A stretch of DNA of 64,000 nt, taken from Chloroflexota bacterium (lineage in GTDB: Bacteria > Chloroflexota > UBA11872 > VXNJ01). Within the stretch, counting starts at the first letter, position 1, and the number at the start of each line of letters is the position of its first letter. Under the pieces are notes generated by a model. It saw only the letters and a program-made list of their open reading frames with translations, was not told the DNA's origin and made no database searches. Of this stretch, positions 25,470 through 35,952 are shown piece after piece. Location of the stretch: positions 1,251,317 to 1,315,316 of the forward strand of contig OZ253449.1 in assembly GCA_965261345.1 (NCBI GenBank). The letters are read 5' to 3'. A program made the position numbers and the translations under genes.

Positions 25470-27713
25470 TTGCCCACCGCCAAATCGACGGCCCGCACTT
25501 CCAAGCGGGCCCCCCAGGCCGATCCGCAAACCCCGGCCGGGGCTTGGTTCCTGCTGGCGGCCCTGTCGTCGGCCCTTCTGGCCGGCGCCGGCGTGATCGT
25601 GCCGCTGCTGCCCGATCATCCGCTGGCCCAATTCCCGGCCCAGATCTTCTATCTGGCGCTGGGCCGGGCCGGGCTCCCGGCGATGCTTATCCTGCTGGTG
25701 CTTAGCCTGGTGGCGGCGTTTGCGCTGGCCCTGCAACGCCCGATTGTCAGCCCGCTGCAGACGTCGCTGGCGCTGGCCCTGATCGTGACCCTGGCGGCAT
25801 TTGAATCGCTGCTCTCGCTGGCCGGCGGCGGCGATTTGCAGGCCGGCGGGCTGGTTGGATCGATGCTGGGTTCGGCCTTGGCGGCGGTTTTCCCGGCTGG
25901 CCTCGGAGTGGCCCTCTGCGCCCTGGCGGCGATCGGACTGGCGACCTGGGCGCTTGTTGCCTCGGATTGGGCGCAAAGCCACCTGGGTTGGGTCGGCGCC
26001 AAGGGGATTGCCGGCGGTCGAGCCACCGGCCGCCGGATTGATGCGATGGCCACCTGGCTCAACCAGCGGTTCGATCCCGACGCCGAGGACGCGGCGGCCG
26101 CGCAGCCGGAGGCGGCGAGCGCGGTTGTCGACCCAGCGGCCGATGCGGACCCGGAGCCGCCGGCGATGGCTGGGGAATTGCCCGGGCCGGGCCTGGTGAT
26201 CAAACAACCGGCGCTTGCGCAGGGTTCGGCGATGGCATCGCGTGGCATCCCGATTCCGTTGACCGGTCAATCCGGATGGGTTCTGCCGCCGCCCGACATT
26301 TTCGAAGTACCTGGCCGGCGCGAGAGGGTATCGCACTCTGAGATCACTGAGAACGCGACGATCATCGAGGAGACCCTGGCGAACTTCAAAGTCGACGTCC
26401 GGGTAGTCGAGGCGATCCCCGGACCGGTGGTGACCCAGTATTGCATCGCCCCGGCGGCCGGGGTGCGCGTGACTCACATCACCCGCCATTCCGACGATCT
26501 GGCGCTGGCCCTTGCGGCCCGCAGCATAAGAATTGAATCGCCAATTCCGGGCCGCCCGTTCGTTGGACTGGAGATCCCCAACCGCGATCCGTCGGTGGTA
26601 ACGATCCGCGAGCTGCTTGAATCGCGCGAATTCGTCGAGGACCGCACCGCGCTCAAGATCGCGCTCGGAAAAGACGTGGCCGATCACTCCCAGGTCCGCT
26701 CGCTGGCCCGGATGCCGCACCTGTTAATTGCCGGATCGACCGGATCGGGCAAGTCGGTATTCCTCAACACCGTCTTGATTTCGCTGCTCTGCCAGTACAC
26801 CCCGGATGAGCTGAAGTTGGTGCTGATCGACCCCAAGATGGTTGAATTGGTCCCCTACAATGCCGTGCCGCACCTGCTCATGCCGGTAGTTTCGACGCCG
26901 GCCGATGCGGTCCCGGTGCTGTCCTGGGTACAGCAGGAGATGTCGCGTCGCTATCGCGTGCTGCGCGATTCGGGCCGTCGCAACGTGGCCTCCTACAACG
27001 CCGATCCCAATCTCGGGCAGGATTCGAAACTGCCCTACCTGGTGGTGGTGGTTGACGAGATGGCCGACCTGATGATGACCGCGCCGGCCGAGATCGAGCT
27101 GTCGATCTGCCGCCTGGCCCAGATGGCCCGGGCGGTCGGAATCCACTTGGTAATCGCCACCCAGCGTCCCTCGGTCGACGTGATCACCGGCCTGATTAAG
27201 GCCAACTTCCCCTCGCGCGTGGCCTTCTCGGTCTCCTCGCAGGTCGACTCGCGCACCATCCTCGACCACGCCGGGGCCGAAAAACTGATGGGCCGCGGTG
27301 ACATGCTCTTCAATTCCGCCGAACACGGCAGGAGCGTGCGGGTGCAGGGTGCGTTCGCATCCGACGATGACATCACCGAACTGGTGACCTTTTGGGTAAA
27401 GCAGGGCGAGGGCGAATATGTAAGTGCCGACGAGATCGCCAGCGCCATACCCTCGTCCAGCCCGATTGATGATTCTGAGCTGTACCAGGAGGCCGTCAGC
27501 GTGGTGATGCAGTTCAATTACGCGTCGCCGGCGCTGCTGCAGCGCGAATTGAAACTGGGCGCCGGCAAGGCGACCGACTTGATCGGAAAGCTGGAAGCTG
27601 CCGGTATAGTGGGGCCACAGGAGGGTGAAAGCTCCTCGCGGGCGGTAATTGCCAAATCCAATCCGGCCGACCCGGTTGTCGTCGGATCCTCAGAGGTAGC
27701 CCCTGATGCTTGA
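25470..27713 (+). CDS. ftsK: DNA translocase FtsK/SpoIIIE
   Basis: 747 aa with N-terminal TM helices, Walker A 'GSTGSGKSV', 'VVVDEMADLM', and a gamma-domain-like C-terminus 'ASPALLQRELKLGAGKATDLIGKLE'. Confidence 0.9.
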   Translation: MPTAKSTARTSKRAPQADPQTPAGAWFLLAALSSALLAGAGVIVPLLPDHPLAQFPAQIFYLALGRAGLPAMLILLVLSLVAAFALALQRPIVSPLQTSLALALIVTLAAFESLLSLAGGGDLQAGGLVGSMLGSALAAVFPAGLGVALCALAAIGLATWALVASDWAQSHLGWVGAKGIAGGRATGRRIDAMATWLNQRFDPDAEDAAAAQPEAASAVVDPAADADPEPPAMAGELPGPGLVIKQPALAQGSAMASRGIPIPLTGQSGWVLPPPDIFEVPGRRERVSHSEITENATIIEETLANFKVDVRVVEAIPGPVVTQYCIAPAAGVRVTHITRHSDDLALALAARSIRIESPIPGRPFVGLEIPNRDPSVVTIRELLESREFVEDRTALKIALGKDVADHSQVRSLARMPHLLIAGSTGSGKSVFLNTVLISLLCQYTPDELKLVLIDPKMVELVPYNAVPHLLMPVVSTPADAVPVLSWVQQEMSRRYRVLRDSGRRNVASYNADPNLGQDSKLPYLVVVVDEMADLMMTAPAEIELSICRLAQMARAVGIHLVIATQRPSVDVITGLIKANFPSRVAFSVSSQVDSRTILDHAGAEKLMGRGDMLFNSAEHGRSVRVQGAFASDDDITELVTFWVKQGEGEYVSADEIASAIPSSSPIDDSELYQEAVSVVMQFNYASPALLQRELKLGAGKATDLIGKLEAAGIVGPQEGESSSRAVIAKSNPADPVVVGSSEVAPDA

Positions 27714-28845
27714 TGTGCAAGCCCTGCGCGAGGATTTCCCCGCGCTCTCGTCAATGACCTTCCTAAACAACGGGGCGGTGGGGATCACCCCGGCCCCGGC
27801 GGTCGATGCGATGTGCCAGGCGTTGCGGTTCTCAGAGGAAGCCGGGCAGCACGCCTACTCGCATTTTGCCGAGGAGCGCGCCTCCGCACGGGCGGCGATG
27901 GCCAAATTCGTCGGCGCCGATCCGGACGAGATCGCCTTTGCCACCAATGCCACCGAGGCGGTCAACTGGATCGTGGCCGCGTTGGCCTTCCGTCCGGGCG
28001 AGGAGGTCTTAATCTCCGACTACGAGCACCCGGCGCTGGTGTATCCAGTCAGCTGGCAGCGCGATTTGGGGCGGATCCGAGCCACCTACTTTGAGGTCTC
28101 GACCGATTCCGATCAGACCCTGGCGGCGGTGGAGGCGGCGATCACCCCGCTGACCCGGATGATTGCGGTCTCGCATGTGGAGCGTCACAACGGGGTGCGT
28201 TTGCCGGTCGAGGCGATCTGCCGGTTGGCCGCCGAACGCGGGATCCTCACCCTTATAGACGGAGCCCAGACGCTGGGGATGATCCCGGTGGACGTGCGCG
28301 CCGTCGGAGCTGATTTCTACATCGGCAACCTGCACAAGTGGTTGTGTGGTCCCAACGGAACCGGGCTGTTCTACGGTCGCGCCGATCGTCTGCGCTTGCT
28401 CACCCAGGCCCATGTCGGGCCGACCCCGGGCAGCGACTGGGATCTGGTTGGCGGCCTCAACCTGCCGCTTACCGCCTCGCGCTTTGAATACGGCACTGCG
28501 ACCGCCGCCCGCTACACCGGGGCGCTGGCCTCGCTTTCCTACCTGGGCGAGATCGGGTTCGACCGGATCGAACGGCAGCTGATTTGGCTCAAGACCCAAA
28601 CCGAGAGCCTGATCGGCGACCATGGCTGGGAGGTCGTTTCGCCAACGCAATGGGAGCGCTCGTCGGCCTTGGTGGCGTTTGCCGTTCCCGGCGGCAATGG
28701 CGGGCAAATCTGCAAAGAATTGGCCGAGCAAAAGATCTATCTCTCGGGCACCCAGGATGGCGGTATCAGGATCTCGCCGCACATTTACAACACCGAAGAC
28801 GAAATCGCGCGATCGCTCGACGCCGTCGCGGTGGCGCTGGGCTAA
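27706..28845 (+). CDS. Aminotransferase class V (cysteine desulfurase / IscS-SufS-like fold), specific function unknown
   Basis: 379 aa with 'FLNNGAVG', 'LIDGAQTLG' and 'GNLHKWLCGPNGTG' (PLP-Lys region). It overlaps the ftsK stop by 8 nt. Confidence 0.8.
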   Translation: MLDVQALREDFPALSSMTFLNNGAVGITPAPAVDAMCQALRFSEEAGQHAYSHFAEERASARAAMAKFVGADPDEIAFATNATEAVNWIVAALAFRPGEEVLISDYEHPALVYPVSWQRDLGRIRATYFEVSTDSDQTLAAVEAAITPLTRMIAVSHVERHNGVRLPVEAICRLAAERGILTLIDGAQTLGMIPVDVRAVGADFYIGNLHKWLCGPNGTGLFYGRADRLRLLTQAHVGPTPGSDWDLVGGLNLPLTASRFEYGTATAARYTGALASLSYLGEIGFDRIERQLIWLKTQTESLIGDHGWEVVSPTQWERSSALVAFAVPGGNGGQICKELAEQKIYLSGTQDGGIRISPHIYNTEDEIARSLDAVAVALG

Positions 28846-28858
28846 CCGCACCGGACCC

Positions 28859-29275
28859 GTGCAACCGGGCAAATCGGCATCGGCCACGATCACCGAACTG
28901 GCGCTTGCCCTAATCGTCATCACGGTGCTGCTGCTGGCGCTCTGGTATCTGCTGCTCCGAGACCGCGCGTCCGAGCTACCCAACCAGACACTCCAGGACA
29001 GCGTCGGGATGGTCAATGCCGAACAGGATACAGCCCAAAACGCGCTGCGCCAGCTGAACCTCACCGGCACCCCCACCGCGGTGCCCACGCCCAGCCCGCT
29101 GCCAACGGTCGAGCCAACCGCCACGCTCCCGCGCTTCCATTCGGTGATCGCCGGGGAGACCTTAAGCGCGATCGCTGACCTCTATGGTGTGCCGTGGGAG
29201 GAACTGGCCGCATTCAACGGGATCACCGACCCGCGCTCGCTCCAAATCGGCCAAGAGCTCAAGATTCCCAGCTAG
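28859..29275 (+). CDS. Membrane-anchored LysM-domain protein
   Basis: The start is moved to GTG 28859, because the upstream part of the track ORF overlaps the aminotransferase. It has the TM helix 'LALALIVITVLLLALWYLLL' and a C-terminal LysM 'HSVIAGETLSAIADLYGVPWEELAAFNGI...LQIGQELKIP'. Confidence 0.7.
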   Translation: MQPGKSASATITELALALIVITVLLLALWYLLLRDRASELPNQTLQDSVGMVNAEQDTAQNALRQLNLTGTPTAVPTPSPLPTVEPTATLPRFHSVIAGETLSAIADLYGVPWEELAAFNGITDPRSLQIGQELKIPS

Positions 29276-29375
29276 GCCGGGCTCCATTCGCTTGACCGCC
29301 AGGTCCTAGGGGTCTAGGATCCACGCCCGCCCGCCGCCGCTTCGCTACGGCGCGTTCCTGGTTTCGGTCGTTGCG

Positions 29376-30485
29376 ATGTGGGCCAGCCTCTATCTGTATG
29401 TGCCGGCTTTTGCAGTGTTTGCCGAACAGCAGGGCGCCTCGCTGGCGATGGTCGGGGTGATCTGGTCGTCCTACGGCGTCGTGCAGGGGATCCTGCGGAT
29501 CCCCACCGGCTATTTCTCCGACCGGTTGGGGCGCCGCCTGCCGTTTATCGTCATCGGGGTCGGGGTCACCGCGCTCGGTTCGCTGCTCATGGCCCTGTTT
29601 CCGAACCCGCTGGTGCTGACCATCGGCCGGGGCCTGCACGGCTTCGGGGCGACCGCCTTTGTTGTGCAGGCGGTCTACTTTGCCAGCTTCTTCCCGCCCG
29701 AACGGGTCACCGGGGCGCTGTTGAAGATGAACGCAATGACCGCGCTAACCCAGCTTTCGGTCTCACTGATCGGTGGGCAGATGGCGATGCACTTCGGCCA
29801 ACTGTCCACGTTCTGGGGGTCGGCAGTGCTGGGGGCGATCTCGGTTGCCGCGATGTTCGTTGCCGGCGAACAGCACATCGCCCGGCGCGCCAATTTCGAC
29901 TTTTCAAGCTTCAAATCGATTTTTGCCAACCGCACCCTGCTGCTGGCCTCTGGCACCGCGGCGCTGCTGGTCTTTGGCGAATTCGGCATCACCCAGACTT
30001 ACATGTTGCTGCTGGCCGACCGCCTGGGGGCCGATTCAGGGTTCCTGGGGCTGCTCACGGCGCTCAATTACCTCGCAGTCGGCGTGGTGGCGCTGGTTTT
30101 GGCCCAATTTGCAAATTATTCGGAACGAACGGTGGTCATATATGGCCTCATCGTCTCGGGCATCGCGCTGACATTGATGCCGTTGGTGGGTGGACTGGTC
30201 GGGCTGACCGTGCTTGCACTGATTAAGGGCACGGCCCGCGGGGCGATGATGCCGTCGCTGATGGGGCTCTCGCTCAAGTCGGTCGAGCCGGACTCTCGGG
30301 CATCGGCGATGGGCATCTTCCAAGCAACCTACGCGATCGGGATGTTCGGCGGTCCGCTGACCACTGGAATAATCGGCCAGATCGCCGGATTGACGGCTCC
30401 TTTCTATGTTGTGGGGATCGCGACAGGGCTCTCGACGATTGCAGCGGTCGTGCTTTTTCCGCGCCCAAAAACCCGCATGATTTGA
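29376..30485 (+). CDS. MFS transporter
   Basis: 369 aa, polytopic, with the MFS loop motif 'GYFSDRLGRR'. Confidence 0.8.
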   Translation: MWASLYLYVPAFAVFAEQQGASLAMVGVIWSSYGVVQGILRIPTGYFSDRLGRRLPFIVIGVGVTALGSLLMALFPNPLVLTIGRGLHGFGATAFVVQAVYFASFFPPERVTGALLKMNAMTALTQLSVSLIGGQMAMHFGQLSTFWGSAVLGAISVAAMFVAGEQHIARRANFDFSSFKSIFANRTLLLASGTAALLVFGEFGITQTYMLLLADRLGADSGFLGLLTALNYLAVGVVALVLAQFANYSERTVVIYGLIVSGIALTLMPLVGGLVGLTVLALIKGTARGAMMPSLMGLSLKSVEPDSRASAMGIFQATYAIGMFGGPLTTGIIGQIAGLTAPFYVVGIATGLSTIAAVVLFPRPKTRMI

Positions 30486-30528
30486 GCTGGCGACCGGCCG
30501 GCAAATTAGACTGGTCTTCGCTTTTCAG

Positions 30529-31038
30529 ATGGTCGCCCCAGCGGCCGATTCATGTTGTCCGGAACTGAGATTGGTGCGTCGCAAGCAAAAAAAACGAGGC
30601 TACTCCGAGATCGATCGCGGCCCTTTGGGGGCAGCGATTTTTCAGACCCGCAAACAGCGCCGGCTGACACAGATGGAGCTGGCCAACCGCCTGGGCCGCA
30701 ATCGGCCCTGGGTCTCCAACGTGGAAACCGGCAAGGTCAAGATCCTCAACGAAGAGGATCTGGTCGGCCTATCGGCGGTCTTGAGAATTAGCATCTCATC
30801 GCTGCGGGCCGCCCACGATTTGACCGCCGCCACCCAGGTTGTGAGCGCCCCGGGCTATACGATCCTGCAATCGAACCGAAATTGCACGAACTGTCACCAC
30901 GTGGTGGAACCGGATGCAGGCTTTTGCACTCATTGCGGTTCCGGCCAGCCGATGCAGATCAACTGCCCAGCCTGCGCCAGGCCGAACAACCCGGGCGCCC
31001 GTTTCTGCGCGCGCTGCGGGTCGCAGCTACAGGGCTAA
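30529..31038 (+). CDS. XRE-family HTH protein fused to a double zinc ribbon
   Basis: 'RKQRRLTQMELANRLGRNRPWVSNVETG' is an HTH_3-type motif. The C-terminus 'CTNCHH...FCTHCG...CPACARP...FCARCG' gives four CxxC pairs. Confidence 0.7.
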   Translation: MVAPAADSCCPELRLVRRKQKKRGYSEIDRGPLGAAIFQTRKQRRLTQMELANRLGRNRPWVSNVETGKVKILNEEDLVGLSAVLRISISSLRAAHDLTAATQVVSAPGYTILQSNRNCTNCHHVVEPDAGFCTHCGSGQPMQINCPACARPNNPGARFCARCGSQLQG

Positions 31039-31272
31039 CCACCGGGTCCCAACCCGGGCAGCCGGCGGTCGCGCGACCGGTCCGAACTTTAAGGCTCAAT
31101 GCCGCCGTAGCGGGGTGATTTTGGCGGAACGCGAAGCCGGCCGTCTTTCGGCCCGATCTATCCGATCGCCAATCCGGTTTCGGCCTGGTGGTCAAGACCG
31201 GGGCCGGCCAGCGCGTAACTGGATCGGCCGCCGATCCAATCTAGAGGGGCGTTGGCTCCAGATTCTTAAGGG

Positions 31273-31596
31273 TTAGGCGACCCGGTCCAGGCTGGATTTG
31301 ATCTTGGCTTCGGGCACGTAGCCGACGATTCGGTCGACCTCGACACCACCCTTGATAAACAACAGAGTCGGTATCCCGCGCACGCCGAAGTGGGTTGCGT
31401 ATTGAGTGTTTTGGTCGGTATCGACCTTGACGAACTTGACCCGATCGGAGTACTCGCCGGCCAGCTTTTCAAAGACTGGCGCCATCATCTTGCAGGGCCC
31501 ACACCACTCGGCCCAAAAATCGATGATCACCGGGTTTTCCGATTCGATCACTTGGGATTGAAATTCTGCGTCGGCGACGTGGAAATAAGCAGCCAT
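31273..31596 (-). CDS. trxA: Thioredoxin
   Basis: 107 aa with the active site 'WAEWCGPCK'. Confidence 0.95.
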   Translation of the reverse strand: MAAYFHVADAEFQSQVIESENPVIIDFWAEWCGPCKMMAPVFEKLAGEYSDRVKFVKVDTDQNTQYATHFGVRGIPTLLFIKGGVEVDRIVGYVPEAKIKSSLDRVA

Positions 31597-31646
31597 CGGC
31601 CTATCGTCCTTTGGGTTTTGGGTTGGCTCAGATTACCTGCGCGATG

Positions 31647-34319
31647 TTAGCCGACGACGATATTGAGCAAGCGTCCGGGAACATGGATCACCTTGCGCAC
31701 GGTTTTGGCATCGATGTGGGCTTGCACATTGGGCAGCGCCAGGGCGGCCTCCAGGACGTCCGCCTCCTCCAAGTCGACCGCAACTTGCAGGCGCTCTCGG
31801 ACCCGGCCATTGACCTGAACCGCCACGGTGATTGATTCCCGAACGAGCAGCTTGGGATCGGCCTGCGGCCACTCGACCCGGACGATGCTGTCGCAGTTGC
31901 CCAACCGGTGCCAGAGCTCCTCGGCCAGGTGCGGCGCCACCGGCGCGATCAGGCGCACCAGGATGTCCTTGATCTCCGCCCCAACCGCCGATTGGTCCAG
32001 CTCGGTAGACCAGATCTGGGTCAGCTCGTTTACCGGCTCCATCAGCCCGTTGGCCAGCATGGTGTTAAAGCGCAGCCGCTCGATATCGTCCGAACACTTG
32101 GCAATCGCCCGGTGGGCGATCTGCCTGGCCTTTTCCTGCGCCTGCGCCAACGGCAATCGAGGGGTCTTGGGCGTCTCCAGAGTATTGGTGACCAATCGCC
32201 AGAACCGGCGATAGAAGCGGGTTATGCCGTTGAGCCCGCTCTCACTCCAGGGCAGTGTGCCTTCCAGCGGAGCCATAAATAGCTCATAGCCGCGCAGCGC
32301 GTCGGCGCCGTAGCGTTCCACCACGCTATCGGGCGATACCACGTTGCCCATCGACTTGGACATCTTGCCCGATCGAATCGGCGCCCAGTCATCGACCGGG
32401 TCGCCGAGCAGCTCGAACTCGGCCTTGCTGGGGGCGTGGTAGAGAAAGTCGCGCGAATCGCCAGACGGGCTCGAGTACACATCGAATCCGTCGGGGTTGC
32501 GGGCCGAAACCCGCCCACCGGCCAATCGCGCCTGTTCCAGATTGACCCAACCGTCCTCGGCCAACATCATTCCCTGGTGGCGCAGCGCCTTGAACGGCTC
32601 CGAGCTCGGAACATATCCGGCATCGTAGAGGACCTTGTTCCAAAAGCGGGCGTAGAGCAGGTGCATCACCGAGTGCTCGGCCCCACCGACATATAGATCG
32701 ACCGGCATCCAGCGCTTGCCGGCTTCGGCCTCGACCGGCCCGCCGTCGTAGTCGGGGGTGATAAATCGCAGGAAGTACCAGGAGGAACAGGCAAATCCAC
32801 CCAGCGTGTCGGTCTCGCGGCGCGCCGGACCCGAGCATTGCGGACACTCCGTCTCCACCCAGTCGCGGGCTCGCTCCAGCGGTGACCCCAACTCCGGATC
32901 GGGCTTAAAGTCGGCCAGTGGCGGCAGGGTGACCGGGAGCTCGCCCTCGGGTATTGGAACCTGGCCGCAATCCCGGCAGTGGACGATCGGGATCGGGCAG
33001 CCCCAGTACCGCTGCCTGGAAATGAGCCAGTCGCGCAGGCGGTAATTTACCTCGGCCTGGCCGCGCCCCTGTTCGGATAGGAAATTGGTAACGATCGCGA
33101 TCGCCTCAAGCGAATCCAATCCGTTATGGATCCCCGAATTGATCAGCCGGCCCTCGCCGATGTAGGCCTCATCCAGCGGTTCCCCGTCCCAGTCGGGCGG
33201 CTCGATGACCACCACGATCTGCAGGCCGAATTTCGTGGCGAAGTCAAAATCCCGCTGATCGTGGGCCGGCACCGCCATGATCGCTCCCGATCCATAACCG
33301 GCCAAAACGTAGTCGGCCACCCAGATCGGGATGCGCTGTTGGTTGACCGGATTGATCGCGTAGCTGCCGGTAAAGACGCCGGTCTTTTCGCGATCGGTGG
33401 CTGAGCGTTCGATCTCCGAACTTCGCAGCGCCTGATCCACATAGGCTGCGACCTCGGCTTGCTGAGCAGGCGTTGTCAACGTTGCAAGTTCTGGGTGTTC
33501 GGGTGCCAGGACCATGAAGGTGGCCCCGTAAAGCGTGTCCGGCCGCGTCGTGTAGACGCTAAGTTCCGGCCCTGATTCGGTTCGAAAATCCACGTTGGCG
33601 CCGGTCGAGCGGCCGATCCAGTTGACCTGCATCCGCTTGGTTGATTCGGGCCAGTCGACCTGGTCCAGGTCGGAAAGTAAGCGATCGGCATAGGCGCGTA
33701 TCCGGAAGAACCACTGCCGCAGCGGTTTGCGGTAGACGTTGGAGTGTCCGCGCCAGTCGCGCCCGTCGGCCAGAACTTCCTCGTCGGCTAGGGCTCCACA
33801 GGTGTCACACCACCATTGCCGCTTTTCGGCTCGGTACGCTAGGCCGCGCTCAAACAGTTTTAGGAAGATCCACTGGGTCCAGCGATAGTAGTCAGGATGC
33901 GATGAATTGATCTCCCGGTCCCAGTCGTAGCCGCACCCCACCAATTTGAGTTGCCGCTTGTAATTTGCGGCGTACTCGACTATCGATTCAGCCGGATGGC
34001 GACCCTTGTCGATCGCGTCCTGTTCAGCCGGCAGCCCGAACGCGTCCCAGCCCATCGGGTGGAGGACCTCAAACCCGCGCATCCGTTTGTAGCGCGCGAA
34101 CGCGTCAACTGGAATGTAGTTGCGAAAGTGCCCGACCGAGAGGCCATCACCTGATGGGTATGGAAAAAATTCAAGCGCGTAATACGGCGGTTTGTCCGAA
34201 TAGGTGTCGGTACGGTAAACGCCGCCGGCTTCCCAGTCGCGTTGCCACTTCGACTCGATCTTGGCAAATTGATATTCGTCGAAATCGGATTGGCCGGAGG
34301 CCTGGATTTGAGTGGGCAT
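31647..34319 (-). CDS. leuS: Leucine--tRNA ligase
   Basis: It has 'FFPYPSGDGLSVGHFRNY' (HIGH region) and 'KMSKSMGN'. The track ORF (to 34628) is over-extended. ATG 34319 ('MPTQIQ...') gives about 890 aa. Confidence 0.95.
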   Translation of the reverse strand: MPTQIQASGQSDFDEYQFAKIESKWQRDWEAGGVYRTDTYSDKPPYYALEFFPYPSGDGLSVGHFRNYIPVDAFARYKRMRGFEVLHPMGWDAFGLPAEQDAIDKGRHPAESIVEYAANYKRQLKLVGCGYDWDREINSSHPDYYRWTQWIFLKLFERGLAYRAEKRQWWCDTCGALADEEVLADGRDWRGHSNVYRKPLRQWFFRIRAYADRLLSDLDQVDWPESTKRMQVNWIGRSTGANVDFRTESGPELSVYTTRPDTLYGATFMVLAPEHPELATLTTPAQQAEVAAYVDQALRSSEIERSATDREKTGVFTGSYAINPVNQQRIPIWVADYVLAGYGSGAIMAVPAHDQRDFDFATKFGLQIVVVIEPPDWDGEPLDEAYIGEGRLINSGIHNGLDSLEAIAIVTNFLSEQGRGQAEVNYRLRDWLISRQRYWGCPIPIVHCRDCGQVPIPEGELPVTLPPLADFKPDPELGSPLERARDWVETECPQCSGPARRETDTLGGFACSSWYFLRFITPDYDGGPVEAEAGKRWMPVDLYVGGAEHSVMHLLYARFWNKVLYDAGYVPSSEPFKALRHQGMMLAEDGWVNLEQARLAGGRVSARNPDGFDVYSSPSGDSRDFLYHAPSKAEFELLGDPVDDWAPIRSGKMSKSMGNVVSPDSVVERYGADALRGYELFMAPLEGTLPWSESGLNGITRFYRRFWRLVTNTLETPKTPRLPLAQAQEKARQIAHRAIAKCSDDIERLRFNTMLANGLMEPVNELTQIWSTELDQSAVGAEIKDILVRLIAPVAPHLAEELWHRLGNCDSIVRVEWPQADPKLLVRESITVAVQVNGRVRERLQVAVDLEEADVLEAALALPNVQAHIDAKTVRKVIHVPGRLLNIVVG

Positions 34320-35074
34320 TAAGGAAATACGGTAGATATCTAGTGGCGGCGACGCTTCGGCCGGGCGCTTGCAAATATCAACGATGATTTTTCGATGAAA
34401 TCGGCAATTTGCGTTGATATTGGGGATTTCGATTCGGCACTGCAATTGTCCAATCTCCGCCGACGCGCTCGAACAAGGCCAGTAACGCCCACCCCGGCGC
34501 CGGCGGGGCCATCGGGCTCGGACGGCCGGTGGCGCAATCTCGCCGCGGTCGGTGGGTCTGCCGGGCGGGCAGCCGGGTATCCGGTTCGCAGCAGAAGACC
34601 GCCAACCGCGATCCCGGCCCCGCAACAATGTCGAATTTGGTCGCGAGACGGGTTTCGTCGCCGACCACGACCAGCCTGTGCAACCGAGGGTTCATCTCCC
34701 GCAATCTGTCCCTTGCGCCCTCGGGTCAACGGTTGGGCGCCGATGTTCGTCCTGCTGGCGACCAACTCGGTGCCCGCTGGTCGAGCAGCCAAACCTGCAG
34801 CGAATGTGAAACTTGATACCGTTTGGCACCGCCGGTGATCGAGATCAGATGCGACCAATTGTTGAGGCGATGAGTGTGGGTGGGATTAGCCGCTTGCCCG
34901 GGTTGTACCAAACACATCCATCAATTCGGAGTCAACCGGGACGACGTAGGCCCGCAATTTCCCTTTCACCCTGGCAATTTGTGACTTTGAGCACTCCCCC
35001 GTGTCGTGATAACCGGGTAGAAACTCATTGTTTGCGTGGTCCAATACTGCAGATTTGTGCCGAGGAGGACAGCG

Positions 35075-35539
35075 ATGGCAAAGACCGTATATCTCGCAAA
35101 CCCGTACGGATTTTCAGCCCAGCAGAAGAGGGCGCTGCTTCCGCCGATAGTTTCGGCGCTGGAGGAGCTGGGACTGGAGGTATGGGAGCCATTCGCTCGA
35201 AATAACCAGGGAGATTTCCTCGAGAGCGGATGGGCACACCAAGTCGGGCAGCGAGATTTTGAGGACGTGAAGAATTCGGACGCCATCTTTGCCGTGGTCA
35301 ACGGCGTTCCTCCCGACGAGGGCGTAATGGTGGAGCTGGGCATGGCAATTGCATCGGGTAAGCCGACGTTCCTGTTCCGGGACGATATCCGCCGTGTTGC
35401 CGACAGCGACTCGTACCCGCTAAACCTCATGCTGTTCACCGGCTTGCCGCTCGAAGGTTGGGAGGAGTACTACTACACCTCAATAGAGGAAATCTCCTCG
35501 CCCGAAAAAGCGCTGGCTCGCTGGGCCACCCAACCGTAA
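35075..35539 (+). CDS. Nucleoside 2-deoxyribosyltransferase-family protein (copy 1, intact)
   Basis: It has 'KTVYLANPYGFS...' and 'DAIFAVVNGVPPDEGVMVELGMAIASGKPTFLF'. ATG 35075 is preceded by GAGGAGGA. The track start at 35036 is probably too early. Confidence 0.75.
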   Translation: MAKTVYLANPYGFSAQQKRALLPPIVSALEELGLEVWEPFARNNQGDFLESGWAHQVGQRDFEDVKNSDAIFAVVNGVPPDEGVMVELGMAIASGKPTFLFRDDIRRVADSDSYPLNLMLFTGLPLEGWEEYYYTSIEEISSPEKALARWATQP

Positions 35540-35952
35540 CCGCTCCTGGTTGGGGCCGAATCGGGAGCGACCTCCGTATTTAGCAGTTAAGGGATGGCGC
35601 TGTCGGTCACGCCCTTCTGCCTTCCTTGCGGTGCGACTCAACAAGCCCTCTCGGGCCAGGATCTTGAATTTTTCCGGCCGAGTTGCAGCGCGAAATCCTG
35701 GTGCTGTGAGGTCAATCCCCACTTAGACGGTCAATATCCAGCCCGGTCGGTCGTACTCACCTTCAGCGGCCTGAATTCGGGCCGGTCCGGTCTGACAGAA
35801 TTTTCAAAGTTGCTGGGCAGCGGCAATTGCTCCGCGTCGGTCGCAATAAGCCTCAGCAATTCGACTAACCACCCCATCTCGGTCGACATCGCCGGCGCGA
35901 CCGCCAGCCACGGGAGCAAGGCGCAATCGCAACCCAACGGGGTTCGGGCCGT

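Noticed and set aside
25245-26720. 491-aa ORF on the minus strand
   Set aside because: It is antisense to ftsK, extremely Arg/Gly/Gln-rich, and has no recognisable domain. It is a GC-driven open frame.
28009-29124. 371-aa minus-strand ORF
   Set aside because: It is antisense to the class V aminotransferase and LysM genes.
34320-34700. Possible T-box leader for leuS
   Set aside because: I looked on the leuS strand for the conserved T-box sequence (..GGGTGGTACCGCG..) and a specifier-loop architecture. I found only a poor match, GGGGTGGGCGTTACTGG. Not supported.
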